A stretch of DNA of 64,000 nucleotides from Octopus sinensis (Eukaryota). Numbering within the stretch: position 1 is the stretch's first letter; every line of letters begins with the position of its first letter. Position numbers and translations under genes: made by a program. Below the pieces are notes generated by a model that was given only the letters and a program-made list of their open reading frames with translations, did not search any database and was not told where the DNA came from. The stretch is taken from NCBI RefSeq assembly GCF_006345805.1, contig NC_043001.1:106640001-106704000 (forward strand), given 5' to 3'. This document shows, one piece after another, positions 53,850 to 64,000 of this stretch.

Positions 53850-53949
53850 TGTTACTTTTATTTGTTTCAGTCATGTGACTGCAGCCATGCTGGAACACTG
53901 CCTTGGGGGATTTTAGCCGAACAAATACACACGCATACACATGCGCACG

Positions 53950-53979
<30 letters not shown>

Positions 53980-53980
<1 letters not shown>

Positions 53981-54440
53981 CATCATCATCATTTAGCGTC
54001 CGCTCTCCATGCTAGCATGGGTTGGACGGTTCAACTGGGGTGTGTGAAGCCAGAAGGCTGCATCAGGCCCAGTGTGATCTGGCAGTGTTTCTACGGCTGG
54101 ATGCCCTTCCTAACGCCAACCACTCCGTGAGTGTAGTGGGTGAGCAAATAGTATATATATATATATCATCATCATCGTTTAACGTCCGTTCTCCATGCTA
54201 GCATGGGTTGGACGGTTCGACCGGGAATCTGGGAAGCCAGAAGGCTGCACCAGACTCAAGTCTTATCTGGCAATGTTTCTACAGCTGGATGCCCTTCCTA
54301 ACGCCAACCACTCCGTGAGTGTAGTGGGTGCTTTTTACGTGCCACCTGCACAGGTGCCAGGTGAGGCTGGCAACGGCCACGGTCGGATTGGGGTATTTTA
54401 CGTGCCACCGGCACGGAGGCCAGTCGAGGCGGTGCTGGCA
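53980..54440 (-). mobile_element. Two copies of an RTE-type 3' end/SINE with (GAT)n tail (family E)
   Basis: (CAT)n-ttagcgtcc...ggatgcccttcctaacgccaaccac occurs twice. Opposite-orientation copies lie at about 57600-57812, 59655-59905 and 61745-61942. Confidence 0.7.
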
Positions 54441-54982
54441 TCATATATATATATGTATACGACAAGATTCTTTTCGTTTCCGTCAACCAGATCCACTTAC
54501 AAAACTTTGGTCGGCCCGAGGCTTTAAAAGAAGACATTCACCCAAGGTGCTACCATGTATTTGGGAAGCTAGTTTCTTACCACACACGTCTACGGTAATA
54601 AAAAATTCAGCAAATGTTCTCGATAAGAATTCTTACAGGACTATTACATCAGCTTCGAAACACTGCTTCAATGTGGGACTGGAATCGTTGATATGCCTGC
54701 ACTAAATGGCCCTTATTCATGTCGGACATAATCTGGAAAAGGGCGGTTTTCAGTGAAGCTATTGGATTAGGATATTTCAAAAACGCTGCAAAACTATCGG
54801 CCCATCGGATTTAAATCTGGTGAGTGTGGACGCCATAAGTCTGATGATCGTCGTTATTCATTGTGTGTATGTGTACACACACACACACACACACATATAT
54901 ATATCCTTAGCACTTACGTGAATTATATATATATATATATATATACACTTAAGTTTATATTATATATATATTCACTTACGTG

Positions 54983-55028
<46 letters not shown>

Positions 55029-55148
55029 TTGGCACTTACGTGAATTTTTGCTATCCTGGTAACTATTTATTTATTTATTTTTCCTTGTTATTTGTACACA
55101 TTGAAAAAATATATACATTTATATATCATATATGCGTACGTGTATGTA

Positions 55149-55179
<31 letters not shown>

Positions 55180-56265
55180 GTACGTGTGTATGTAAAAACA
55201 TATATACATACATATGTTCGTGTATATGTGTGTACATACTTACAAACATACAAACAAACGATGGGGTGCTGAAAATTCTTGGCTTTAAGCTCATCGCGAA
55301 AGGCCTGAGTGGAGGCCCAACCTTCAGAGTTCTTTTCCGGGGCTTAGAAAAACTGAAGGGCCGCTGTAATAAGTGTGTGAACCTAAAAGGGGAATATGTT
55401 GAATAAGATCATCATTTAACTGATCCTCTTGTATTTTCTTTTACCCAGGAACTATTCAATACCTCCTCGTACATATATGCACATACACACTTATCTATAT
55501 TATATTATATATATATATATATATATAGGAGATAAATAAGAATATATGCATACATACAAACATATATGTACGTACCTACATCTACATGTATATATACATG
55601 CATATATCAATAATTATACGGGAGTACAGGACATCACAATAAGACGTAGAAACGGAAAAAGCCAAAAAACAAAAAACAAGAAAACGGAAAACGAAAAACA
55701 AATACAGGACGAGCTACACAAGGACAAAACCCCCGTCAGCAGCTGTCGCTAAAGGAGTCAGGCATGTTTCGAAGGCATAACAGAACACTAATCCAATAGG
55801 CCTTCCTGCGAGAGAATTAAAATAAAATTTCAAGCAGCGGGGCACAATGAGTACGAACACAGACAAGACGTAACAATAAGACTGCAAAATTAAAATACAT
55901 GTACAAAAACAAACACAAGAGGACGAACGAAAAAGCCTTTTTTCTGGCATAGACAAACAATAAAACTGCAAAAATAAAAATACATGTACAAAAAGTACAA
56001 TTAGTTACAAAACGAGAAAATAACAAGAATACTATATATATATATATATATATATATTAAAACGTATTGCGTCCACAAGAACATTATCCAATGTCCTCTT
56101 CCTTTTACAAAATGTTTGGGTGTGACTTAAAGGACATTTTTCACCCACTTTTAGCAGGTCGACTGACATGGCAGACGATCTATTGTTGTCTACGATCGAG
56201 CTGTATTGTAGCCAAATACAACTCATCCTTTTCCAGATACAATGTGTCTAAGACTATAATGTCTT

Positions 56266-56330
56266 ATAAGGCGACGAACTGGCAGAAACGTTAGCACGCC
56301 GGGCTATATATTTACATGCTCACGTACATA

Positions 56331-56363
<33 letters not shown>

Positions 56364-56535
56364 GTTTACCGGTATTTCGTCTGCCGCTACGTTCTGAGTT
56401 CAAATTCCGCCGAGGTCGACTTTGCCATTTATCCTTTCGGAGTCGATAAATTAAGTACCAGCTGTGTACTGGGGTCGATCTAATCGACTTTCCCCCTTCC
56501 CAAAAATGTCCAGCCTTGTGCCTAGAGTAGAAAAG
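56266..56535 (+). mobile_element. SINE family B copy interrupted by a TA/TG microsatellite
   Basis: Head ends at gcacgccgggc and resumes at cggtatttcgtctgccgc about 75 bp later. Confidence 0.8.
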
Positions 56536-57829
56536 ATTATTTAAAGTCTTACTTTCTTCTTCAGTTGATAGAATGATTATATAAGAAAGAGTAACTTCTA
56601 CGCCAGTAAAAACATGGACGTCACTTAATCATTTGAATGCTTTTATTCGAGCTCGCTTTAAAGGGACGAAACCTAGGTATATACAAATTATCTCCCTTAG
56701 ATTAGTAATTCGTGTTTTACATTACCTGGATCTAATTCATTCTTGGAATTTGAACGTAAATATGATTTCCTTTAAATATTCTTTCAAGATAAGGCGGCGG
56801 TGAGTATGGTAGAATTCTCAGAGCCTCAACAGTTGCTACTGCGTTTTTATAATGTCCCCAGATTCAAAGTCTATGTAACTGACTCTTCGCTTTTGTCCAG
56901 TTTATAAGTTCGTGCTTATGTAATGAATATTCTTTTGAATACAAAAAGCATCCTGAAGTTGAAAGTCTGCTAGAACAAACATCCTCTGACCTATGCAAGC
57001 ATGGAAAAATGGATCGGCATCTTCATCATCTTTTAATGCCAGTTTTCCATGCTAGCATCGGTTGGATGCTAAATCAATGATTTAAATAATTCATTTAATA
57101 AAAGTCAGAAACATACTAATCCAGAGCAACAGATTATTCGATTTGTTAGGTATTTGATGGAATATTGTTACTATTTATTCTGCCTGTCATAAGAAACCAT
57201 GACCTTTTGGTCAGGAGTTGACAACTTGAAGTGGAGAAAGAAAACTGGAAAATGCCAAAAGACCCTTAACAGGCTGGCAAATCATGAAGGTATATTACCA
57301 AATAAAATTTAAACATGAAATGATAATTAACCCAGGTAAATGGAGAGTACTTTTTGTTTATTTGTCAATAACAATTTTTTAAAAAAACAACACACTGTGT
57401 CTGTCCCCCACTCCACCGCTTGCAAAACTGATGTTGGTTTGTTCCCATCCACTTAATGGTTCAGCAAAAGATCAATAGAATAAGTACCAGGCTTAACAGA
57501 AAATATAAGTACTAGGGTCAATTCATTCAGCTAAAAATTCAAGGCAGTGCCCCAGCATGGTCGCAGTCTTATGACTGAAACAAAAGAATATATACACATG
57601 TGGAACATAAAAAGCACCATTTAAGCGTAGTCGATGCCAATACCACCTGACTGGTCCTCGTGCCAGTGGCACATAAAAAGCATCCAGCTGTAGAAACTTT
57701 GCCAGATCAGACTGGGGCCTGGTGCAACCTCCTGGCTTGCCAGTCCTCAGTCAGACTGTCCAACCCATGCAAGCATGGAAAGAGGATGTTAAACGATGAT
57801 GATGATGATGTGTGTGTTAAATAAAATAA

Positions 57830-58620
57830 CAAGGCCAAGACAAAGTGATATTTCTAGGACATTTATAAAGAGAGAGGTGGTCTTACAGCTGTTTCAGGGA
57901 AATAAATGATATCCCATCAACAGAGATAAGAGTGTTTCAATAGAAGAAATTAGAAGAGTTCATTATATAAGTTATCTTGTCAAGGGAGGGATACAGAATG
58001 TATAAGGGAAATAAGAAAACAAAATTACATGTTGGATGTGAAAGCTGTTGTTCCATTATCCTAGGATTGTGCTGAGTAGAATGAGTAAAGACGTTTCTTG
58101 TCTATGGTGTGTAAATTCCGATAGGAGTTCATATGTTGTTATTTCAAATGGATAGTAAGCAGATATTAAATCCATGTTCTGTTCATTCAAAAGGATTTTG
58201 TAGTGTAAATGAAATTTTGATAATATACTGGTAGAGGAAGTAGATAGAGAGAAGAGAAGGGATAAGAATGTTAGAAAGAAAAATAGTATTGGTCAAAAGG
58301 ATTAGGGGAGGAAGAAGACAGGAGGAGGAAAAAAGGAAAATAGGAGTACTAGATGCTGGTCAATTGTGAGGGGATGGGGAGAGGAGAGCTATCAGTAGAT
58401 AAAAGGAATAGGGGGAGGGATAGAAAGAAGAGATAAGAATGTAAGGAAGGAGTATGTGTGAGAAGTTAGAGATGGGGGGATATGTTTGAAAAGGCACTAA
58501 GATGGAAAGATAAAGAATGTAGTACAGAGGAAGGAAATAAAAGTGAGTAGTAAACTTCGTGAAGGAAGGAAAAGTGTTAGGAATTAAGGGGTGAATATGG
58601 AAATATAATGATCAAGTTTC
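57830..58620 (-). mobile_element. Decayed Penelope-like 3' region with degenerate hammerhead
   Basis: Hammerhead-like TCT-CTGTTGA-T GGGA...TCCC T-GAAAC-AGCT-GTA-AGA at 57926-57882. Upstream purine/pyrimidine-skewed sequence only weakly resembles a PLE C-terminus. Confidence 0.4.
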
Positions 58621-58814
58621 TACAAATAATTAAACCAGGAAACTTGACTGCTAACATCTCTTTAAGAGGTATATATCCTCATAATAATAAGTATATATAT
58701 ATAGGTATTTTTTTTTAACGTTTCAGCTCAGAGCTGCAGCCATGCTGATGCACCGCCGTTTGTTGATGCAAACAGGAAAAACAGAACTCAAAATATGAGT
58801 ATATGTATATTTTT

Positions 58815-59331
58815 CAGTTCTATATTTAAGAGATGAGGAATTATGTACATTATTTACATAATTTTACATTTGACGGATATTTGTCCTCATCTTGTTTATT
58901 GTTAACGCAATGTTTCGGCTGATACACCCTCCAGCCATCATCAAGTTAAAATAATAGACAGAACACCACTGGAAAATACAAAAACTAAAAGAAGCAACAC
59001 ATATGTTAGGACACAATAACCTCCTAAGCAGACTGAGTGCAGATATGGGAATCGGTATTAAGGATAGGAGGATATTAGATTTATAAGCCTTAAAATTCAC
59101 TCCTTAGTTGCCCATGGATATATGGCTTAGTGGTTAAGAGCATGGGCTACTAACACTAAGATTCCGAGTTTGATTCCAGACAATGACCTGAATAATAATA
59201 ATAATATTAAAAAATACGTTAGGAATGAGAACCCAGGTTTGAAATTTCCCCAAGACACCTGATGAAGGCTGGAGGGTATATCAGCTGAAACGTTAACAAC
59301 AAACAAGATGAGGACAAATGTAAATAATGTA
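58815..59331 (+). mobile_element. tRNA-headed SINE-like element with PLE-type hammerhead tail and inverted partial tail
   Basis: Inverted tail 58815-58945. Head from 59110 with A box TGGCTTAGTGG and B box GTTTGATTCC, then (TAA)n, then a tail with CTGATGA (59259-59265)...GAAAC (59287-59291). Confidence 0.7.
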
Positions 59332-60072
59332 TATATTTATTAACATTTAGCAGAAGTAACAGAGTGACTCAAGGTCCGAGAGTTTTGTGCATTGATAGAT
59401 AAGTGCATGAGAGTCTCAGACCTTGAGTCACTCTGTTACTTCCACTAAATGTTAATAAAACTAAATATGTATATGTATATATTATACATACATACACACT
59501 AAAAAGTTTGATAATACAAACAGGATAGTAGAACTTGAAACATGAATATTTTTTATTTAATCAATAGAAGTTACAAAGTTACTCAATGGCAGAGAGTTTA
59601 GTACATTCCCACTTCATTACTTTCTAACTTTTGCCAATTAAATAAATAATATGTACATTTATGCCAGAGCCGCTTGACTGGCACCAATGCCGGTGGCACG
59701 TAAATAGTACATTGCCAGTGCCGCCTGACTGGCACCCATAAAAAGCACCCACTACACTCTCGGAGTGATTAGCGTTAAGAAGGGCATTCAGCTGTAGAAA
59801 TCTTGTCAAATCAGATTGGAGCCTGGTGCAGCTTCCTGGCTTGCCAGTTCTCAGTCAAACCCATGTCAGCATGGAAAGCAGATGTTAAACAACGATGATG
59901 ATGATTATGATATATATTATGTGGACAAGCAAAAACTCAGTAGAGTTACATTTCTTAATAAGTTTGACTCAGCTGCAACATGGTTTCAAATTTTGTGGGT
60001 GCATAATGGATTGGAGACAAATTCAAAAGTTTGTTCAAGCAAGATCAGACGAATGCAGCTGAACCTTGGATA

Positions 60073-60078
60073 TTTATT
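60073..60078 (-). terminator. Candidate polyadenylation signal AATAAA
   Basis: + strand tttatt about 50 nt downstream of the stop of the minus-strand terminal exon. Confidence 0.45.
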
Positions 60079-60126
60079 AAGCAAATTACATCCATCGTTG
60101 CTCGTTGATTGAGAGCCTTCTGGTAT

Positions 60127-61049
60127 TTAGGAATTAAAATTTGGTTTGTTAGTCCAAGAATTAACATTGCCTGCTTGTTGAGGAGGCCACTGGTTGTTAT
60201 TGGGAAGAAATCCTTGTGTCTGAGCAAAAGATGATTGTGAATTTTGAGTCCAGTTTGGTGCATTTGGAGGTGGGTTGTTTGGGATTGTGGAAGATGGTTG
60301 GCTTGTGGAATTTGAGGAGGAGCTATTCAAAGTATTTGGTGGGGGAACGCTAAAAGGATTTGAAGACCAATTGGTAGGCCAATTTGAAGACCAGGCATTA
60401 GGATTAATTTGTGATGAGCCCTGAGGGATATTTTGTGCTGAAATGTTTGGAGTATTTTGAGACCAACTATTAGGATTATTTTGGGTCCAACTATTCAGTG
60501 CAGGCCAATTATTAGGGGTCATTTGAGTTGAACTGTTTGGGGTATTTTGGAATGAAGTGTTAGGATTATTTTGGGACCAATTGTTTGGAACATTCGAGGA
60601 CCAGTTATTTGGGGTATTCTGAGACCAGTTATTTGGGGTACTTTGAGACCAACTGTTTAAGGTATTCTGAGACCAATTATTTGGGGTATTCTGAGACCAA
60701 CTATTTGGGGTATTCTGAGACCAACTGTTTGGAGTACCTTGAGGCCAATTGTTTGGAGTATTTGGCCATTTGTTAGGAGCATTTGTAGAAGGCCAGTTAT
60801 TGGTCCCAGTTTGGCCCCAACTGTTTGCAGGATTTGAGGGCCACTGGTTAGGCGGATTTGTGGACCAATTGTTAGATGGATTTAGAGGTCTGTTGCCAAA
60901 GGTGTTTGGAAACCTATTGCTAGAGGCTTGAAAAGATTGAGGTTTTGGATCTTTTGGTGGCCAACTGGTATAAGCACTAGAATGCCAATTGTTGGATTGT
61001 TGTGGCCTGGATTTTTGTTCATTTCGGTGGCCTTGATGACTGACACCCT
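60127..61049 (-). CDS. Terminal coding exon (~306 aa) of an unidentified gene; N/W/P/S/Q-rich low-complexity tail with tandem octapeptide repeat
   Basis: Acceptor ttttgtttttttttcag (AG at 61051-61050). Open frame ag|GGT GTC AGT CAT... to TAA at 60129-60127, length 923 nt = 2 + 307 codons. Reads GVSHQGHRNEQKSRPQQSNNW...PNNWSQNT repeats...NKPNFNS*. Extends ORF-track entry 60127..60522 upstream with no stop. AATAAA follows at 60078-60073. Confidence 0.85.
60565..60756 (-). repeat. Coding 24-bp tandem repeat, 8 Trp-containing octapeptides (consensus PN[NS]WSQNT)
   Basis: PNNWPQGT PNSWSQNT PNSWSQNT PNNWSQNT LNSWSQST PNNWSQNT PNNWSSNV PNNWSQNN, followed by degenerate units in the same 8-aa register. 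Confidence 0.9.
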
Positions 61050-62155
61050 CTGAAAAAAAACAAAATAATAATAATAATGGTACACATTAGTACAAAGCTA
61101 CAAATCTTTAAAGAGTGGCTTAACTGACTGAATCAACCCCAATACCGGAGCTATTTAATCAATCCCAGCACATGTGCTACTGTACTAAATCCAGCTCATA
61201 AGTGTTTCATTAACCTGAGAAGAATATAAAGGCAAGAATGCATTAAGGCAGGATTTGTAACCAGAAAATAGAGGGACACAATTGAAAAGTTAGAGGTTTC
61301 ATCAGATGTCCTACCATTTGTTCCACTACACACTCGACCTCTTCACTGTCTGTGACCCACTTTTAGAATAGGTACATCATCACCTTGCATGTCATAAAAG
61401 GTGACCAAACGGGCATCAGCTGTAAAGCGTTGCATGAGAAAAACCTGTCAATCTCCATGCCAACAAGAAAAGGCAGATAAAAAAACGATGGTAAGTTATC
61501 TCCCCACACACAGATGCAAACTCTTAACCATCCATCCATCCAGATCTTCTCTTCCTATTCTCTCTAATAATTTTGTACTTTCAAAACTACGTCCTAATAC
61601 CATCTTACCACAATGTTTATCTCACTTTCCTGTTACTCCCATTCACCATTATATCACACACAGAATATACAGTAGCCATATATCTTCTCTACTGCAAGAC
61701 ACCCATTCTAGTCTGTCCCACTCAAAACTTGCCAGTGCTTCCTGGCTGGCTTCCATTCCAGTGGCACATAAAAAGCACCCACTACATTCTCGGAGTGGTT
61801 GGCATTAGGAAGGTCATCCAGCTGTAGAAACATTGCCAGATCAGATTGGGGCCTGGTACGGCCTCCTGGCTTGCCAGTCCTCCATCAAACTGTCCAACCC
61901 ATGCCAGCATGGAAAGCAGACATTAAACGATGATGATGATGATTACATCCCCCATAATGTAGCGGTTTAACAAAAGGGACCGATAAAATAAGTACAACGG
62001 AGTCAATTTGCTTGGCAAAGCAGTGCCCTAGTATGGGCACAGTCAAATGACTGAAACAATCAAAAGATAATGGATATGTCTAACATGGCTTATAGTCCAA
62101 AGAGGGTAACAACATACAGATAGCATTTATAAGGACAAAAGAAATAAAATTGTAC

Positions 62156-62208
62156 CAGATTTCTTCTTGTAGTTTCTACTATTCTTCTGCGTCACTGGAG
62201 ATTTATTT
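62156..62208 (-). CDS. 53-nt internal coding exon of the same gene (K-NKSPVTQKNSRNYKKKS-E)
   Basis: Acceptor aatcatttttgcag (AG at 62210-62209) and donor G|GTACAA (GT at 62155-62154). Starts in phase 2 and ends in phase 1, exactly bridging the flanking exons. The donor is only moderately strong. Confidence 0.7.
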
Positions 62209-62264
62209 CTGCAAAAATGATTTTTAAAAATATTAATAACTGATTTCAAAGAGAAAAAAGAAAA

Positions 62265-63160
62265 TATGGTGGCTGTGTGGTAAGAAGCTTCTTTTCCAAC
62301 CACATGGTTCCATGTTCAGTCCCACTGCATGGTACCTTGGGCAAATGTCTTCTACTACAGCCCCAGGCCAACCAAAGCCTTGTAAGTGGATCTGATAGAT
62401 GGAAACTGAAAGAAGCCTATCGTGTGTGTGTATATATATAAAAGTGCACGAGTGGCTGTGTGGTAAGCCGCTTGCTTACCAACCACATGTTTCCGGGTAC
62501 AGTCCCATTGTGTGGCACCTTGGGCAAGTGTCTTCTACTATCGCCCCAGGCCAACCAAAGCCTTGTAAGTGGATATGGTATATGAAAACTGAAAGAAGCC
62601 CATACAATCGCTTGACAACCGATGTTGGTGTGCTTACATCATGTAACTTGGCAGTTCGGCAAAAGAGACCAATAGAATAAGTACTAGGCTTACAAAGAAT
62701 AAGTCCTAGGGTCGGTTTGTTCATATAAAGGTGTTGCTCCAGCATGGTCACAGTCAAAAGACTGAAACAAGTAAAAGAGTATACTTTACACAGAACACAG
62801 GCCTGGCTGTGTAGTTACGAGGCTTGTTTTGCAACCTCATAGCTTTGAGTTCAATCCAGTTGTGTGATATCTAGGGCAAGTATCTTCTACTATATAGCCC
62901 TTGGTTGACCGATGCCTTGTGAGTGATTCTGTATACAGAAACTGAATGGAAGATCATTTGTGTGTGTGCATGTGTGTTTGGTTTGGTTTGGTTTATTTCT
63001 CGTCACCATTTAACTGGTGTTTGTTTTGGTCTCCAAAACTTAGTAGAATGGCAAGGGACTCCGATAAGGGACCACACTTGTACTGGGGCTGATTTGTTTG
63101 ACTATGCCCTTCGAGGCAGTGCCCCAGCATGGCCGCAGTCCACTGACTGAAGCAAGAGAA
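62265..63160 (+). mobile_element. Cluster of three SINE family A copies inside the intron 62209-63913
   Basis: Heads near 62265, 62446 and 62800. Confidence 0.8.
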
Positions 63161-63913
63161 AGATCAAAGCTAAAATACGTGTATGTCTCCTAGATTTTAG
63201 GATGGTTATATCACATCCCTATTTTGTCATCAGAGGGAATTAAAAACGCTGACATCATGAAGAGTATTCAACCAGAAAATACAGCCTCACAAAGTCCCAT
63301 CCTACTCATGCCAGCATAGAAAAGTGGATACAAAAATGATGAGTGGGGTTTGTTATTATCATATTCTTTTGTTTCTTTCAGTCATTTGACTGCAACCATG
63401 CTGGAGCACCGCCTTTTAGTCAAACAAATCGTTCACCCCACACCTCGTACTGTTTCTACTTCGCAGATTTTCACCTACCGCGGCGTGTTTGCAATGTAAC
63501 ACTCGCCACAGTCGAGGGAGTTACTGTACCTCGAGTGTAACACTCGTAAATGGGCATTTAGTGCAATGGGAGGTAACCCATTCCATAGAGGGACGTAATT
63601 CCAGTTAAACCATTCGACAAATACAGACGAGGACTAGACTAAGTGATATACCGTATTTTAACGTGTATAAGCAACACTCGTTTTGGGGGCTTAAAATTTG
63701 GAAAAAAGGTTTTGTAAGGGATTATAATATTATCCATATATAAGAAACTCCCATATTTTTTTAACCTGATTTTTGACAAAAAAGGGTTCCTTATGTTAAA
63801 ATATGGAAATTGTTATGATTAACTAAAAATTCTTAAAACAATGCCCCAGCATGGCCACAGTCCAATGTCTGAATCCAATAAATAGAACAAGAACAAAATA
63901 ACAAATTCCTTAC

Positions 63914-64000
63914 TTCAAATAGAATGGATTGTTGGAATCTTTCTTTCGGCGTGACTGGTTTTGACCGTCCTTGTTCGCATCATCACTTTCAGAATTGTCA
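63914..64000 (-). CDS. Partial upstream coding exon of the same gene (DNSESDDANKDGQNQSRRKKDSNNPFYL-K), continuing beyond the window
   Basis: Open frame from 63999 to the donor AA|GTAAGG (GT at 63913-63912), phase 2. Acidic then basic composition. Confidence 0.7.

Noticed and set aside
60585-60776. Regularly spaced 24-bp repeats suggestive of a CRISPR-like array; + strand ORF SYLGYSET repeats
   Set aside because: No unique spacers and a eukaryotic context. These are the coding octapeptide repeats read on the wrong strand.
63180-63235. CTGATGA on the minus strand followed by a GGATG/CATCC stem
   Set aside because: No GAAA core or stems I/III follow, so it is not a hammerhead.
63474-63640. Open minus-strand stretch with gtaggt donor inside the gene's intron
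   Set aside because: Weak acceptor and an internal gagtgttacac repeat typical of a dispersed element. The gene model is already phase-complete without it.
63651-63800. pogo-like terminal sequence TA|ccgtattttaacgtgtataag
   Set aside because: Only one end was seen, with no transposase or second TIR in the window.
63914-64000. NNPFYLK resembles the NNPFYIK motif I recall from the AP-3 delta hinge
   Set aside because: The downstream sequence ends in a low-complexity tail with no adaptin ear domain. A 7-residue match is insufficient, so no gene symbol was assigned.

Overview
AT-rich, microsatellite-saturated eukaryotic DNA. The SINE families and repeat load resemble an octopod cephalopod (Octopus-like); this is an inference and was not checked by search. 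Most of the window is intergenic or intronic repeat: dozens of tRNA-derived SINE copies, plus fossils of Tx1/L1-clade and RTE LINEs, a DD34D mariner, pogo/Tigger and hAT transposases, a tandem non-autonomous Helitron and Penelope-like element (PLE) termini. One host gene is visible: its last three coding exons lie on the minus strand (64000-63914, 62208-62156, 61049-60127), with compatible splice phases, and encode a Trp/Asn/Pro/Ser/Gln low-complexity tail containing a tandem PNNWSQNT octapeptide. The most interesting signals are four. (1) About ten hammerhead-ribozyme motifs, including an intact one at the tip of a long hairpin (15713-15848) and an inverted pair forming a ~260-bp palindrome (21790-22048). 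(2) A tRNA-headed SINE-like element with a PLE-type hammerhead tail and an inverted partial tail at its 5' side. (3) A Tx1-like LINE whose two copies both sit in (GATA)n arrays. (4) The prion-like octapeptide-repeat protein. All translations and pairings were done by eye, and most repeat boundaries are approximate.
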